A stretch of DNA of 50,138 bases from an uncultured beta proteobacterium (GTDB lineage: Bacteria; Pseudomonadota; Gammaproteobacteria; Burkholderiales; Burkholderiaceae), in contig CAIVXR010000228.1 in NCBI GenBank assembly GCA_903909925.1, positions 1 to 50,138 on the forward strand, in the 5' to 3' direction. The notes under the pieces were generated by a model that saw only the letters and a list, made by a program, of their open reading frames with translations, searched no databases and was not told the origin of the DNA. Position numbers and translations under genes: made by a program. Positions 19,475 to 31,156 of this stretch are shown piece after piece. Position 1 is the stretch's first letter, and each line of letters opens with the position of its first letter.

Positions 19475-19975
19475 TTACAGTTTTTTCAAAATAGAAGCTG
19501 CATCGCTGACCTCAAACTTGCCAGGTGCTTCACGATCTAAAGACTTCACTACGCCATTTTCGACAATCATGGCATAACGGTCTGAACGAACACCCAAGCC
19601 ACGAGCTGTTAAATCAAGCTCTATACCCATCTTTTTGGTGAACTCGCCGCTGCCATCGCCCATCATACGAATCTTTTTGCCAACTTTTTGATCGCGCCCC
19701 CAAGCGCCCATTACAAATGGATCATTCACAGAAATACACCAAATTTCATCGACACCTTTGGCTTTAATCGCATCATAGTGTTCAACATATCCAGGAACAT
19801 GCTTTGCAGAGCAGGTAGGCGTAAATGCGCCAGGCAATGCAAAGATCACAATTTTTTTACCAGCTACAAGCTTATCAACTTCAAAGGCATTTGGCCCTAA
19901 GGAGCAGCCTTCACTTTCTTCGTTAAAGAATTCATACAGGGTAGCGTTAGGTAATTTTTGTCCAACAGTAATCAT
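19475..19975 (-). CDS. Peroxiredoxin (Prx5-like/redoxin family)
   Basis: PGAFTPTCSAKHVPGY, SVNDPFVM.AW, RS.RYAM motifs; GGAG SD 5 nt upstream. Confidence 0.93.
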   Translation of the reverse strand: MITVGQKLPNATLYEFFNEESEGCSLGPNAFEVDKLVAGKKIVIFALPGAFTPTCSAKHVPGYVEHYDAIKAKGVDEIWCISVNDPFVMGAWGRDQKVGKKIRMMGDGSGEFTKKMGIELDLTARGLGVRSDRYAMIVENGVVKSLDREAPGKFEVSDAASILKKL

Positions 19976-19980
19976 GACAT

Positions 19981-20080
19981 CTCCAATAGGTAATTGTTAG
20001 TAAGCATGCCAACGCAAGCGCGGGATTCGTCGTCCGGAGGGGCGCCGCGCTGGCATTTTGCAATTACCTATTGTATTGAG
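19981..20080 (-). ncRNA. Putative structured cis-regulatory RNA in the ftsZ-peroxiredoxin intergenic region
   Basis: Nested stems: perfect 13-bp IR 19984-19996/20061-20073; 10-bp stem 20006-20015/20047-20056 and 5-bp stem 20017-20021/20042-20046, each with one pair that is G-U on the minus strand only. Confidence 0.6.
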
Positions 20081-20086
20081 CTTTTA

Positions 20087-21430
20087 TTAGTCTGCTTGCT
20101 TACGCAAAAAGGCTGGAATTTCATAGTAATCAGCCCCTTTATCCAACATGGATTTAGCCTGAGGAGAACTATCTGCGCCTAAAGTAGGTGCAGGAGTCAC
20201 CTCACGGGAACTACGAAATACCCGTGGCAAATCATATTGGCTGTAATCAACACCACTAGCAGCCGCTGGTTGAGGAGCGATTGATGGAGCGCTACTAGCA
20301 CCAGTTAAAGCCATACCTGCACTGGTACTCACGGCCGAATCTAAGCCTACCTTACTCATAGCAGCAGATGCGCTAGTAGGAGCAAAAGTATTTAAATCAG
20401 CCATCGTTGGCATTGCATCACTAGTACCAGTAGCTTGTCTCCACACTACTTCAGGCTGATGGTTTTGACGAGCTTGAGGATTATTCAAGCCAGTAGCAAC
20501 TACAGTCACCCGTAATGCATCACCTAAGCTTTCGTCATAAACAGTCCCGAAGATCACGGTTGCATCATCAGCAGCATAGCCACGAATTGCAGCCATGACT
20601 TCACGCGTTTCGGATAATTTCAATGAACGATTAGCAGTAATATTCACTAACACGCCACGTGCGCCAGATAAATCAACGCCCTCTAGCAGTGGAGATGCGA
20701 CTGCAGCTTCAGCAGCTAAACGAGCACGATCCATGCCGGAAACAGTTGCTGTACCCATCATGGCTTTACCTTGCTCGCCCATCACAGTCTTCACATCTTC
20801 AAAGTCAACGTTGATTAAACCTTGAACATTGATAATTTCTGCAATGCCAGAAACTGCATTGTGCAAAACATCGTCAGCGCAAGCAAAGGCTTTATCAAAC
20901 TCAGCATCTTCGCCCATGACTTCAAAGAGCTTTTCATTCAGAACAACAATTAATGAATCGACATAAGACTCAAGCTCTGCCGCGCCATTCTCTGCAACTT
21001 TTAAGCGCTTTATGCCCTCAAAATCAAATGGTTTACTAATAACACCAACCGTCAAAATACCCATTTCTTTTGCGACTTGAGCAACGATTGGAGCTGCACC
21101 AGTGCCAGTACCACCACCCATACCCGCAGTGATGAAAACCATATGTGCACCTTGCAAAGTATCAGCGATACGGGCACGTGCTTCTTCTGCAGAAGCTGCG
21201 CCGATCTCTGGTTTTGCGCCGGCACCTAATCCACTAGAGCCCAGTTGCAAATTCACAGATGCCTCTGAACGCTGTAAAGCGCCAGCATCGGTGTTCATGC
21301 AAATGAACTCTACGCCGTTTACTCCACGACGGATCATATGCTGGACAGCATTGCCACCTGCTCCACCGACTCCAACCACTTTAATAATGGTTTTTCCAGC
21401 TGTATCTTGATCTAACATTTCAAATTCCAT
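20087..21430 (-). CDS. ftsZ: Cell division protein FtsZ
   Basis: [19 protein letters not shown] tubulin signature, INVDFEDV, C-terminal [11 protein letters not shown]. Confidence 0.99.
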   Translation of the reverse strand: MEFEMLDQDTAGKTIIKVVGVGGAGGNAVQHMIRRGVNGVEFICMNTDAGALQRSEASVNLQLGSSGLGAGAKPEIGAASAEEARARIADTLQGAHMVFITAGMGGGTGTGAAPIVAQVAKEMGILTVGVISKPFDFEGIKRLKVAENGAAELESYVDSLIVVLNEKLFEVMGEDAEFDKAFACADDVLHNAVSGIAEIINVQGLINVDFEDVKTVMGEQGKAMMGTATVSGMDRARLAAEAAVASPLLEGVDLSGARGVLVNITANRSLKLSETREVMAAIRGYAADDATVIFGTVYDESLGDALRVTVVATGLNNPQARQNHQPEVVWRQATGTSDAMPTMADLNTFAPTSASAAMSKVGLDSAVSTSAGMALTGASSAPSIAPQPAAASGVDYSQYDLPRVFRSSREVTPAPTLGADSSPQAKSMLDKGADYYEIPAFLRKQAD

Positions 21431-21479
21431 ATACCCTCCTAGGTAAATAACTTACTACATTGACGACGACGAAAAAAAC

Positions 21480-22709
21480 TTAAAAATTTCCTGCAAACCA
21501 TTCCTTCATGCGCGACATCACTCCTTGCAGTGCGCCTGATTGAGAAACACGACGACCGCGCAAAAATTGCGCTTGCCCTTCCATTAACAAACCAATGCTG
21601 GTGGCATATCTAGGGCTTCGCAGAACTTCATGTAAGTGACCACGGTATTCGGGTGTCCCAACTCGAGCCGGCCTTAAGAAAACCTGCTCAGCCAACTCAA
21701 CCATTCCCGGCATTAGGGCTGTACCACCAGTAAGCACAATTCCAGAAGAAACCATGTCCTCATAACCAGAATCACGCACTACCCCCCTCACTAAAGTAAA
21801 TAACTCTTCAACACGTGGCTCAATCACAGCAGCAAGTGCCTGCTTAGACATTGGGCGTGGCTCACGATCTCCGACGCCAGGCACATCAATCATGGCAGCT
21901 GAATCAGCCATTTCTTGACGGGCAATTCCATATGCAATTTTCAAATCTTCTGCATCAATAGTTGGGGTCCGCAATGCCATTGCAATATCGTTTGTAATTT
22001 GATCGCCCGCAATTGGTATCACTGCCGTATGACGAATAGATCCTTGGAAATAAATGGCTATATCTGTAGTACCACCACCAATATCAACCAAGACAACACC
22101 CAGCTCTTTTTCATCATCAGTGAGGACGGCTAAACTTGAAGCCAAAGGCTGCAAAATAAGGTCATTCACTTCTAGCCCGCAACGCCTTACACACTTCACG
22201 ATATTTTGTGCAGCACTAACAGCGCCAGTTACTATATGAACCTTCACCTCTAAGCGTAAACCACTCATACCAATTGGTTCGCGCACATCCTCTTGGCCAT
22301 CAATGATGAATTCTTGAACAAGGATGTGCAGAATTTGCTGATCCGTCGGAATATTAATTGCTTTGGCAGTCTCTAGAACACGCTCAACATCAACAGAGCC
22401 TACCTCTTTATCGCGTATAGCAACCATACCGCTCGAGTTAAAGCTCACAATATGATTTCCAGCAATGCCAGTAAAGACTTGAACAATCTGGCGGTCAGCC
22501 ATGACTTCAGCTTCTTCTAGAGCCTTCTGAATAGACTGAACAGTGGCCTCGATATTGACTACGACACCCTTCTTTAATCCTTTAGACGCAGTTTGACCCA
22601 CACCAACTACATTAAATTGGCCATCAGGAGTTAACTCTGCCACCAAGGCAACCACCTTAGAAGTTCCAATATCTAAGCCTACTAATAGGTCGCGATTATC
22701 TTTACTCAT
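21480..22709 (-). CDS. ftsA: Cell division protein FtsA
   Basis: GLDIGTSK, DIGGGTTDIA, VLTGG, C-terminal amphipathic helix (MKEWF.GNF). Confidence 0.99.
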   Translation of the reverse strand: MSKDNRDLLVGLDIGTSKVVALVAELTPDGQFNVVGVGQTASKGLKKGVVVNIEATVQSIQKALEEAEVMADRQIVQVFTGIAGNHIVSFNSSGMVAIRDKEVGSVDVERVLETAKAINIPTDQQILHILVQEFIIDGQEDVREPIGMSGLRLEVKVHIVTGAVSAAQNIVKCVRRCGLEVNDLILQPLASSLAVLTDDEKELGVVLVDIGGGTTDIAIYFQGSIRHTAVIPIAGDQITNDIAMALRTPTIDAEDLKIAYGIARQEMADSAAMIDVPGVGDREPRPMSKQALAAVIEPRVEELFTLVRGVVRDSGYEDMVSSGIVLTGGTALMPGMVELAEQVFLRPARVGTPEYRGHLHEVLRSPRYATSIGLLMEGQAQFLRGRRVSQSGALQGVMSRMKEWFAGNF

Positions 22710-22718
22710 TCACATTCC

Positions 22719-23576
22719 TCATTGCTTTAACTCACTCTTTTTTCCATCTACATCACTCTTCTTCAAACTTGTAGAGGCAAGATGAACTGCAAAACCATTT
22801 GCATAACGAAGATCTACTGCATCGATTCGATTTGCCCATTTCTCTTGTACTTGTGGCCAGTATTTAAATAGGCGAGCAATACGTTCCTCTGTTAGGTTTT
22901 TGTCAGAGCTCTCTTCATCGCGTCCAAATTCCACTCTCATACCATTGGAAAGCTTGACATGCCAGGCATAGCGCTCAGTTAAGGCCAAACTCTCTACCTC
23001 AGCATTCCAAGGCTTGAACCAGTTATTGGCTTTTTCATAAAGACTCATCACTTCTTTACCGGCATCATCTGGGCCCGAGAAATCTAATAAATGCTTACTT
23101 TCAACAAGCTCAGAAACGCGACCAGCAAACAGCTCACCGTGTGTATTCATTAAGGTGTTGCTACTTTCACCACCCCAGGTAGCAAACGGCTTTTGCTCTT
23201 CAATATTGACGACTAAGCCATTAGGCCAAACGCGCCGGACATTAGCATGTCGCACCCAAGGCATGCTCTCAAAGCCACGCTTAACATCCTCCAAGCGCAC
23301 ACTAAAAAAGTTACCTTGCACCGTTTCTATTACTTGGCGCTTCACCAGAGACTTATTAATATGCTGGAGTGTTTGGCCAGCAATAGGCTCCACTTGAATC
23401 TGTCTCAATGCGAAGACAGGTCTCTGGCTCAACCAAACCAGCAATCCAATCAATAGCATCACGATGAAGCAGTGCATCAAAAAACGACTAAGCTTTTGCA
23501 TCCGCTCTGGATTATTCCAAAGAGGGGACATGATGATGGAGAAGATGTCTCCGAACCGATCTAAAAGAGTGCTCAT
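22719..23576 (-). CDS. ftsQ: Cell division protein FtsQ
   Basis: Single TM, POTRA ([17 protein letters not shown]), [10 protein letters not shown]. Start 23576 overlaps the ddl stop (ATGA). Confidence 0.95.
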   Translation of the reverse strand: MSTLLDRFGDIFSIIMSPLWNNPERMQKLSRFLMHCFIVMLLIGLLVWLSQRPVFALRQIQVEPIAGQTLQHINKSLVKRQVIETVQGNFFSVRLEDVKRGFESMPWVRHANVRRVWPNGLVVNIEEQKPFATWGGESSNTLMNTHGELFAGRVSELVESKHLLDFSGPDDAGKEVMSLYEKANNWFKPWNAEVESLALTERYAWHVKLSNGMRVEFGRDEESSDKNLTEERIARLFKYWPQVQEKWANRIDAVDLRYANGFAVHLASTSLKKSDVDGKKSELKQ

Positions 23577-24586
23577 GCAGTAGCGCCCTCTTTTGCTTGT
23601 AGGGTTTGCATAAGCAACCACAACACCAAGTCAGCGTAATTAATGCCAGCAGCTTTGGCTGCCATCGGCACCAAGGAATGAGAAGTCATACCTGGTGAGG
23701 TATTCATTTCTAGTAGGTAAGGCTTACCAGTTTTATGATCGAGCATCACATCAGCACGGCCCCATGTACTACAACCCAAAGATTGATAAGCAGCCAAAGC
23801 TAATTCTTGAACTAGCTCATTGATCTCAGGAGCAAGTCCAGTGGGACACAAGTATTGGGTTTCATTTGAGAAATACTTGTGATGAAAGTCATAGTTCGCT
23901 TGCGGCGGAATAATTTTGATGACTGGCAACGCTTCTGCTGTTTTGCCCTGACCAACTAATGGACAAGTTAACTCATCACCCACAATACAAGTCTCAGCAA
24001 TCACTTTTTTATCTAAGCCTGCAGCTAGCTTATAAGCAGCCGGTAATTCATCTACAGACTGCACTTTAGTTAAGCCAAGAGAAGAGCCCTCATGTGCTGG
24101 CTTAACAATTAGAGGTAGGCCTAGTTTTTTAGCTACAGCATCCCAATTACTGGCTGCAGTAAGCTCCTCAAAATCAGGTGTTGCTAAACCATTGCTCAAC
24201 CAAATTTGTTTAGTTGCAATCTTGTCAATAGATAAAGCGGAGGCCAATACCCCACTACCGGTATAAGGCAGATCTAATAACTCTAATAAACCCTGAATAG
24301 TGCCATCTTCGCCATAACGACCATGCAAAGCGATGAAAACACGGTCAAATTTTTCTTTTGCTAACTCTGTTGGGCATCGCAGGCCCGGATCAAAAGGATT
24401 TGCATCTACGCCCTTAGAGAGCAATGCTTCCAAAACACCATTACCCGACATCAGAGAAATTTCACGCTCACCAGAACGTCCGCCTAATAAAACCCCAACG
24501 CGCCCAAGTGATTTCACATCTAACTTGGATAGCTGAGACTTCACACGATTACCCCACATACCGAGGCCTGGATCTAACTTAGACAC
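23573..24586 (-). CDS. ddl: D-alanine--D-alanine ligase
   Basis: [38 protein letters not shown]. Confidence 0.98.
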   Translation of the reverse strand: MSKLDPGLGMWGNRVKSQLSKLDVKSLGRVGVLLGGRSGEREISLMSGNGVLEALLSKGVDANPFDPGLRCPTELAKEKFDRVFIALHGRYGEDGTIQGLLELLDLPYTGSGVLASALSIDKIATKQIWLSNGLATPDFEELTAASNWDAVAKKLGLPLIVKPAHEGSSLGLTKVQSVDELPAAYKLAAGLDKKVIAETCIVGDELTCPLVGQGKTAEALPVIKIIPPQANYDFHHKYFSNETQYLCPTGLAPEINELVQELALAAYQSLGCSTWGRADVMLDHKTGKPYLLEMNTSPGMTSHSLVPMAAKAAGINYADLVLWLLMQTLQAKEGATA

Positions 24587-26015
24587 TCTTTGCCTCCGCT
24601 AAGGTATGTGGCAGTGCAGAGATTGAGCCCGCACCCATCGTAATTAAGACATCACCATCTTTTAATACTTGCGATAACTTTTCCGGCATCTCGCCAACAT
24701 TTGCAGCAAAGACTGCTGCTGCAGAATTTAAAGAAGCTTTTGAGACCTTCTCTTCTGCAAGAGCTGCCTTCATCAGACTCTTACCATCTGCGCCCGAAAT
24801 CTTTGCCTCTCCCGCGGGATAGACCTCAGTCAATACCAGGGCATCAAAATTTCTGAGGACGTTAACAAAATCCCCAAAACAATCTCGTGTTCTAGTAAAG
24901 CGATGTGGCTGAAATGCCAGTACCAAGCGGCGCTCTGGAAATGCACCACGAGCAGCCGCTAAGGTTGCAGCCATTTCTACTGGGTGGTGTCCATAATCGT
25001 CAATCAATGTGAAGCTTCCACCAGAAGCAAGGGGAATCTCGCCATAACGTTGAAAGCGACGACCAACACCACTAAATTCAGAAAGTGCTTTTGTGATTGC
25101 CTCATCACCCACACCTAACTCCGTAGCAATACCAATTGCAGCCAGAGCATTGCGGACGTTGTGTAAGCCAGGTAAATTAAGCGTTACATTTAATGGGCCA
25201 GGCTTATTGCCGTGTCTGCGAACTGTCCGGCGCTCTACTGTAAAGTGCATGCGGGTTCCTTCGGCGCGCACATTACTCGCTTTAATATCTGCGTCCTCTG
25301 ACAAGCCATAACGTAATACGGGTTGCGATACAAATGGAATAATGTCACGTACATTTGCATCATCAATACACAAAACTGCTACGCCATAAAATGGCATGCG
25401 CTGGATAAATTGCACAAAGGCTTGCTTTAATCTCGCCATATCATGCTGATAGGTATCCATATGATCAGCGTCAATATTAGTAACGACTTCCATTGCAGGA
25501 AAGAGCTGCAAGAAGGAGGCATCAGATTCATCGGCTTCAACCACAATGAAATCGCCTTGACCTAAGCGGGCATTAGCACCAGCAGAATTTAACTTACCAC
25601 CAATCACAAAGGTTGGGTCTAGGCCACCCTCAGCTAATACGGACGCAACCAGACTGGTTGTGGTGGTTTTACCGTGGGTTCCGGCGATAGCGATGCCTTG
25701 TTTTAGGCGCATCAGTTCGCCTAACATCACTGCTCTCTGAATCACTGGAATCTTGGCTGCGCGCGCTGCGAGTACCTCGGGATTATTTCCAGCTACAGCA
25801 GTAGAAATAACAACCGCCTCTGCAGTGCCAATATTTTTAGGGTCATGCCCAATATGAATTACTGCACCCAACTCCTTGAGGCGCTTTGTTGCAGCACCTT
25901 CCGCCAAATCAGATCCAGTAACTTGGTAACCTAAATTCAATAAAACTTCGGCGATACCGCTCATGCCGGCACCACCAATACCGATAAAGTGGATTTGCTG
26001 AACGATATGCTTCAT
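24579..26015 (-). CDS. murC: UDP-N-acetylmuramate--L-alanine ligase
   Basis: [40 protein letters not shown]. Start 26015 overlaps the murG stop. Confidence 0.98.
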   Translation of the reverse strand: MKHIVQQIHFIGIGGAGMSGIAEVLLNLGYQVTGSDLAEGAATKRLKELGAVIHIGHDPKNIGTAEAVVISTAVAGNNPEVLAARAAKIPVIQRAVMLGELMRLKQGIAIAGTHGKTTTTSLVASVLAEGGLDPTFVIGGKLNSAGANARLGQGDFIVVEADESDASFLQLFPAMEVVTNIDADHMDTYQHDMARLKQAFVQFIQRMPFYGVAVLCIDDANVRDIIPFVSQPVLRYGLSEDADIKASNVRAEGTRMHFTVERRTVRRHGNKPGPLNVTLNLPGLHNVRNALAAIGIATELGVGDEAITKALSEFSGVGRRFQRYGEIPLASGGSFTLIDDYGHHPVEMAATLAAARGAFPERRLVLAFQPHRFTRTRDCFGDFVNVLRNFDALVLTEVYPAGEAKISGADGKSLMKAALAEEKVSKASLNSAAAVFAANVGEMPEKLSQVLKDGDVLITMGAGSISALPHTLAEAKSV

Positions 26016-27085
26016 ATACCCACCCCCGCACAATCAGCACAAACCTCAGCTACTCGCAAAGTTGCATGTGGTTTAGCTAAGGCGTGAGCACGCAAAGCCA
26101 TCTCTTTTAGGTCCGCACGATTGAAGTTTTGAATCATCAATGCCAAATCCTGTGGATTGAGATATTGCTGAGGCAATAAGATAGCGGCATTGGCGTCAGC
26201 TAAAAATCTTGCATTCCCAGTTTGGTGATCATCTATTGCAAATGGGAAAGGAATTAAGCAAGAAGCAACACCACATGCTGCTAGCTCTGATACCGTCATC
26301 GCTCCAGCGCGACAAATGACTAAATCAGCTTGTGCATATGCAGCTGGCATATCGTCGATAAAAGGTCGAATATCAGCCTCAACACCCAATTGGGCATAAT
26401 TCTTTTGTAAGTTTGCTAAATGCTTGTCACCCGCTTGATGGATCACTTTAGGACGAGCTTCTTTAGAAAGTAATGCCAAGGCTGCTGGAATGTTTTCATT
26501 GAGGGCGGCTGCACCTAAACTACCACCCACCACCAATATAGATAAAGGCCCTTGACGCTGGTCGTAGCGCAAAGCAGGCGCTGAAATATGATCAAATTCT
26601 TCGCGAATAGGATTGCCCACCCACTCGGCATGCGCCATCGTATTTGGAAAACCAGTCAATGTACGCATTGCAATTTTAGCGAGTGCGCGATTTGCACTAC
26701 CTGCTACCGAGTTAGACTCATGCAGCACTAGAGGGCGCTTTAATAACTTGCTTACCAAGCCACCAGGAAAAGTAATATAACCTCCCATACCCAAGACCAC
26801 AGAAGGCTTTATACGTCGCATAATCTGCCAACTTTGAATACAAGCGCGCATTAAATTGATCGGTAACATTAATTTGGCTTTGAGTCCCTTACCACGCAAA
26901 CCACCAAACTCAACCGCTTCAAATGGAAAATCACAAGACTTCACTAGGCGGTATTCCATGCCATTTTGGTTACCTAACCATGACACACTCCAACCGCAAA
27001 TCCGCAAATACTCAGCAACGGCAAGGCCTGGGAAGATATGCCCACCAGTACCGCCAGCCATCACTAAAATTGAGGGTCTTGTCAC
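26012..27085 (-). CDS. murG: Undecaprenyl-PP-MurNAc-pentapeptide GlcNAc transferase
   Basis: [31 protein letters not shown]. Confidence 0.98.
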   Translation of the reverse strand: MTRPSILVMAGGTGGHIFPGLAVAEYLRICGWSVSWLGNQNGMEYRLVKSCDFPFEAVEFGGLRGKGLKAKLMLPINLMRACIQSWQIMRRIKPSVVLGMGGYITFPGGLVSKLLKRPLVLHESNSVAGSANRALAKIAMRTLTGFPNTMAHAEWVGNPIREEFDHISAPALRYDQRQGPLSILVVGGSLGAAALNENIPAALALLSKEARPKVIHQAGDKHLANLQKNYAQLGVEADIRPFIDDMPAAYAQADLVICRAGAMTVSELAACGVASCLIPFPFAIDDHQTGNARFLADANAAILLPQQYLNPQDLALMIQNFNRADLKEMALRAHALAKPHATLRVAEVCADCAGVGI

Positions 27086-28353
27086 AGCTTCCCTCCGCGC
27101 ATCAAAATGCGATTCTCATAATCAATTCGTAGCAGCATTGCAATCGCAATTGCATTCATCAAAATTCCGGATCCACCGTAACTTACTAATGGCAATGTCA
27201 AGCCCTTAGTCGGCAATAAGCCTAAGTTCACGCCCATATTGATAAAGGCTTGCCAACCAATCCAGATGGCAACACCCTTAGCTGCAAGACCAGCAAAACT
27301 TCGATCCAATTGCAAGGCAGTACGACCAATTAAGAAGGCGCGTCGTACGATCCAATAAAATAAGAAGATCATGACAACCACACCAACGAAGCCAAGCTCT
27401 TCACCAATCACTGCCATGATGAAATCGGTATGCGCTTCAGGTAAATAGTGTAATTTTTCTACACTGCCGCCAAGTCCAGTACCAAACCATTCACCACGAC
27501 CAAAAGCCATTAAGGAATGGGTTAACTGATAACCTTTATTTGCTGCGTTATCGACCTGCCATGGATCCATAAAGGCGAGCATACGGCCACGACGAAATGG
27601 TGAAAGTGCGATCATCGCTGCGCCACTCATTAAGCCAACTGCAATCAAGCCGCCAAATAACTTGGCATTAATACCGCCCAAAAACAAGATACCAAATGCA
27701 ATTAAAGCTACCACCACGAATGCGCCCATATCGGGCTCAGCCATCAAGAGGCCACCAACCAAGGCAACTGCAATACCCATTGGTAGCATGCCCTTAACAA
27801 AAGAATGTAGATATTCTTGACGTTGTACTGTGTAGCTTGCAGCAAAAATGACAGCCGCAAATTTCATGAGCTCAGATGGCTGGAAGTTCATAAGGCCAAG
27901 TGGAATCCAACGCTTAGCCCCATTTACTCCTTTACCAACACCAGGAATGAGAACTGCAATTAATAGCAGCACGGTAAAACCAAAAATGAGGGGAGAATAG
28001 CGATCCCACATTTTGCTTGGGATCTTGAAAACCCAAATACCAACCCCAAGAGCAATTGCCAAAGAAATCATATGGCGAATGAGGAAAAAGTTACTACTGT
28101 AGTTAGCGTATTTAGGGCCATCGGCCAAAGTAATCGATGCTGAATACACCATTACTAAACCAATCAACATTAAGGATAGAACTGCCCATACCAGTAATTG
28201 GTCATACTCCATCATGCGCGAGCGTGTTTGCTCAACTCCTGATACAGCATCTCTTAAGCCAGTACGGAAGTTATCAATCTCACCTCGGGAAAAATTCCAA
28301 AAGCGATCTAAACCTAAGCGGTTATCGGGAAAAAATTTGTCTTTTAGATTCAC
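27082..28353 (-). CDS. ftsW: SEDS peptidoglycan glycosyltransferase FtsW
   Basis: GAKRWI, FQPSE..K, GYQL..SL.AFGRG, YLPEAHTDFI, KGLTLP.VSYGGS. Confidence 0.98.
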   Translation of the reverse strand: MNLKDKFFPDNRLGLDRFWNFSRGEIDNFRTGLRDAVSGVEQTRSRMMEYDQLLVWAVLSLMLIGLVMVYSASITLADGPKYANYSSNFFLIRHMISLAIALGVGIWVFKIPSKMWDRYSPLIFGFTVLLLIAVLIPGVGKGVNGAKRWIPLGLMNFQPSELMKFAAVIFAASYTVQRQEYLHSFVKGMLPMGIAVALVGGLLMAEPDMGAFVVVALIAFGILFLGGINAKLFGGLIAVGLMSGAAMIALSPFRRGRMLAFMDPWQVDNAANKGYQLTHSLMAFGRGEWFGTGLGGSVEKLHYLPEAHTDFIMAVIGEELGFVGVVVMIFLFYWIVRRAFLIGRTALQLDRSFAGLAAKGVAIWIGWQAFINMGVNLGLLPTKGLTLPLVSYGGSGILMNAIAIAMLLRIDYENRILMRGGKL

Positions 28354-29990
28354 GCTTGAGCTCCTTCGAAACGCATTCCCAATTCCTCAACTTCACCAAC
28401 AAATGCCTGAGCGCGGGCAACATAATCTTTAAATTGATCAAAACTCGCACACGCAGGAGAAAGCAAAACTAAATCGCCAGCCTGTGCTTGTTCTGCAGCC
28501 GTCCTGACAGCAGCTTCTAAGTTGCCGCTCATCGTACAAGGCACATCCTGACCAATAGCTTCGCCAATGGCAGCGCCATCTTTTCCAATCAAGAAAACGC
28601 CTTTTACAAAACGTAGAGTAGGTTCACGTAGTGGGCCAAAGTCTTGCCCTTTACCATCGCCACCTGCAATTAACCAAATCCTCTTGCCAGTTTCATTACC
28701 ACCCAAACCATTTAGGGCAGCTACTGTTGCGCCGACGTTGGTACCCTTACTATCATCAACATATTCAACATCATTGACTATCGCAATACTCTGAACACGA
28801 TGAGGTTCACCGTGATAATCACGTAAACCATGTAAGAGAACATTCATTGGCAAGTTAGCAGCTCTTGCTAATGCCAGCGCAGCTAGTGCATTTAATGCAT
28901 TGTGACGACCACGAATTCTGAGTGCATCGGCCGGGATAAGACGCTTCAAGCGAAGTGGCTCATCTTGTTTCATTGCCAGAGATTTACGACGACGTTTAGC
29001 TTGCGGCTCAAGATCTTCATCCACTTCGGCCCATACTAGCCAGTCGATTCCTCCAGCACGCAAGTCGTGCTCGATACCAAAGGCGCCTTGCTCATCAGGC
29101 CTATCAGAACCAAAGGTAACAATCGACCTTTCTGATTTTTTGTCATTAGAAAGTAAATTCATGACCATAGAGTCATCGCGATTTAAGATACAAATGGTAT
29201 CTACGCCAAATATTTTTGCTTTTGCATCTGCATACGCTTGCATATCACCATGCCAATCCAAATGATCTTGTGTGATATTGAGAACAGTAGCTGCAGTTGC
29301 ATTAAGAGTGTACGTATAAACCAGTTGGAAGCTAGATAATTCCAGCACCCAAATATCAGGCATATCTTCAATTTGATCAGCATCATTTAAGCAAGTCATT
29401 AGCTTGTCTAAAGCTGCAGGACTAATATTTCCTGCTACTGCAACCTTCTTGCCAGCGCGCTCGCAAAGCTGTCCTGTTAAGGCAGTAGTGGTTGTTTTTC
29501 CATTAGTGCCAGTAATGGCTAACACTGCTGATGAATAAGCAGAATTATTTGCTTGTGCCATGCGATCTAACGCTGCAATTGCACGTGCAAAAAATTCAAT
29601 CTCACTCCAAATATCAATCCTGACTTTTCTGGCTTTGACTAAGAATGATTGAGTCGGCTCTTGGAGCGGAGATAGACCAGGGCTGATACCAATCACATCA
29701 ATATCATTTAATAGCTCATCGCGCAATGGTCCAAATTGAATATCTTTCAGTCCAGCTATTTGCAATTCCTCAAGCCAGACATTCTGGCGTTCAGAAAATT
29801 GAGACTGATCACGCGTGTCTATTAAACGAACGGTGGCACCATTACTCAAGCACCACTTAGCCATAGCAACTCCTGACTCACCTAGACCCATAATCAAAAA
29901 TCGATTAGGGGCCTGATAGCCTGTGTCAGCTATAAAAGCAGGATTAGCGAAAGTGTTTTGTAAGTTCAGCATATTTACTTTTGGGCTCAC
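28350..29990 (-). CDS. murD: UDP-MurNAc-L-Ala--D-glutamate ligase
   Basis: [48 protein letters not shown]; start could be 29972. Confidence 0.97.
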   Translation of the reverse strand: MSPKVNMLNLQNTFANPAFIADTGYQAPNRFLIMGLGESGVAMAKWCLSNGATVRLIDTRDQSQFSERQNVWLEELQIAGLKDIQFGPLRDELLNDIDVIGISPGLSPLQEPTQSFLVKARKVRIDIWSEIEFFARAIAALDRMAQANNSAYSSAVLAITGTNGKTTTTALTGQLCERAGKKVAVAGNISPAALDKLMTCLNDADQIEDMPDIWVLELSSFQLVYTYTLNATAATVLNITQDHLDWHGDMQAYADAKAKIFGVDTICILNRDDSMVMNLLSNDKKSERSIVTFGSDRPDEQGAFGIEHDLRAGGIDWLVWAEVDEDLEPQAKRRRKSLAMKQDEPLRLKRLIPADALRIRGRHNALNALAALALARAANLPMNVLLHGLRDYHGEPHRVQSIAIVNDVEYVDDSKGTNVGATVAALNGLGGNETGKRIWLIAGGDGKGQDFGPLREPTLRFVKGVFLIGKDGAAIGEAIGQDVPCTMSGNLEAAVRTAAEQAQAGDLVLLSPACASFDQFKDYVARAQAFVGEVEELGMRFEGAQA

Positions 29991-31156
29991 CGTAATTTGA
30001 GGCTGGATAAGCCAATTAATACTAAGAGGATGGTGATGATCCAGAAACGCACGACTACTTGCGTCTCTTTCCAGCCACCTAGTTCAAAATGATGATGCAG
30101 TGGAGCCATACGGAAAATTCGGCGGCCCTCACCAGAATATTTTTTAGTTAATTTGAACCACAATACTTGCAGCATTACAGAAACGGTTTCTGCAACGAAC
30201 ACTCCACCCATCACAAAAAGCACAATCTCTTGGCGCACAATTACAGCGATAGTTCCAAGTGCACCGCCTAAAGCAAGCGCCCCAACATCACCCATAAAGA
30301 CTTGTGCAGGATGCGTGTTGTACCAAAGGAAAGCTAAACCAGCGCCGCCCATAGCACCACAAAAGATCATCAACTCACCTGCGCCAGGGATATAGGGAAA
30401 CAATAAATATTTGGCATAAATTGCATTACCCATCACATAGGCAAATGCGCCTAATGCGGCCCCCACCAAAATGACAGGCATGATCACCAGGCCATCGAGG
30501 CCATCAGTCAGATTTACTGCATTACTGCTTCCAACGATCACCAAGTAACTCAAGATGATGAATCCCATCATGCCTAGTGGATAGCTAACTTCTTTGATGA
30601 AGGGCAATAGAAGATTTGTTTTTGCTGGCAGATCAAGGGCAAAGCCGCTCCTCACCCATTCGTAGAAAAGTTGGAGCACTTTGAGGTTATTCACCTCTGA
30701 AACTGAGAATGCTAAGTAAATCGCTGCAAATAAACCAATGCAAGTTTGCCAAAGAAATTTTTCTCTAGATGCCATTCCTTTAGGATCTTTATTAACAACC
30801 TTGCGATAGTCATCTACCCAGCCAATTGCGCCAAAGCCGAACGTGACAATCATCACAATCCAGATGAAGCGATTACTTAAGTCTGCCCACAATACGCAAG
30901 AAACAAAAATACCAATCAAGATCAGAACTCCGCCCATTGTTGGAGTACCAGATTTGACTAAATGGGTTTGTGGTCCATCGGTACGAACAGCTTGACCCAT
31001 TTTTAAGGCAGTCAATTTACGAATTACCCATGGGCCGGCAGCCAAGCCAATTAATAAGGCCGTGACAGTTGCCATCACAGCTCTAAAGGTAATGTAGTTA
31101 AAGACCCGAAAGAATCCAAAATCATCCTGTAGCCATTGCGCCAAAATTAAGAGCAT
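29987..31156 (-). CDS. mraY: Phospho-MurNAc-pentapeptide transferase
   Basis: [39 protein letters not shown]. Confidence 0.99.
   Translation of the reverse strand: MLLILAQWLQDDFGFFRVFNYITFRAVMATVTALLIGLAAGPWVIRKLTALKMGQAVRTDGPQTHLVKSGTPTMGGVLILIGIFVSCVLWADLSNRFIWIVMIVTFGFGAIGWVDDYRKVVNKDPKGMASREKFLWQTCIGLFAAIYLAFSVSEVNNLKVLQLFYEWVRSGFALDLPAKTNLLLPFIKEVSYPLGMMGFIILSYLVIVGSSNAVNLTDGLDGLVIMPVILVGAALGAFAYVMGNAIYAKYLLFPYIPGAGELMIFCGAMGGAGLAFLWYNTHPAQVFMGDVGALALGGALGTIAVIVRQEIVLFVMGGVFVAETVSVMLQVLWFKLTKKYSGEGRRIFRMAPLHHHFELGGWKETQVVVRFWIITILLVLIGLSSLKLR

Noticed and set aside
19994-20182. 62-aa + strand ORF over the ftsZ-prx spacer
   Set aside because: Antisense to the ftsZ 3' end, TTG start, no recognisable motif; the region is better explained by the minus-strand RNA structure.
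28950-29080. Charged insertion in MurD ([15 protein letters not shown]) and N-terminal extension of FtsW
   Set aside because: I recall similar features in Burkholderiaceae homologues; probably family-typical rather than novel.
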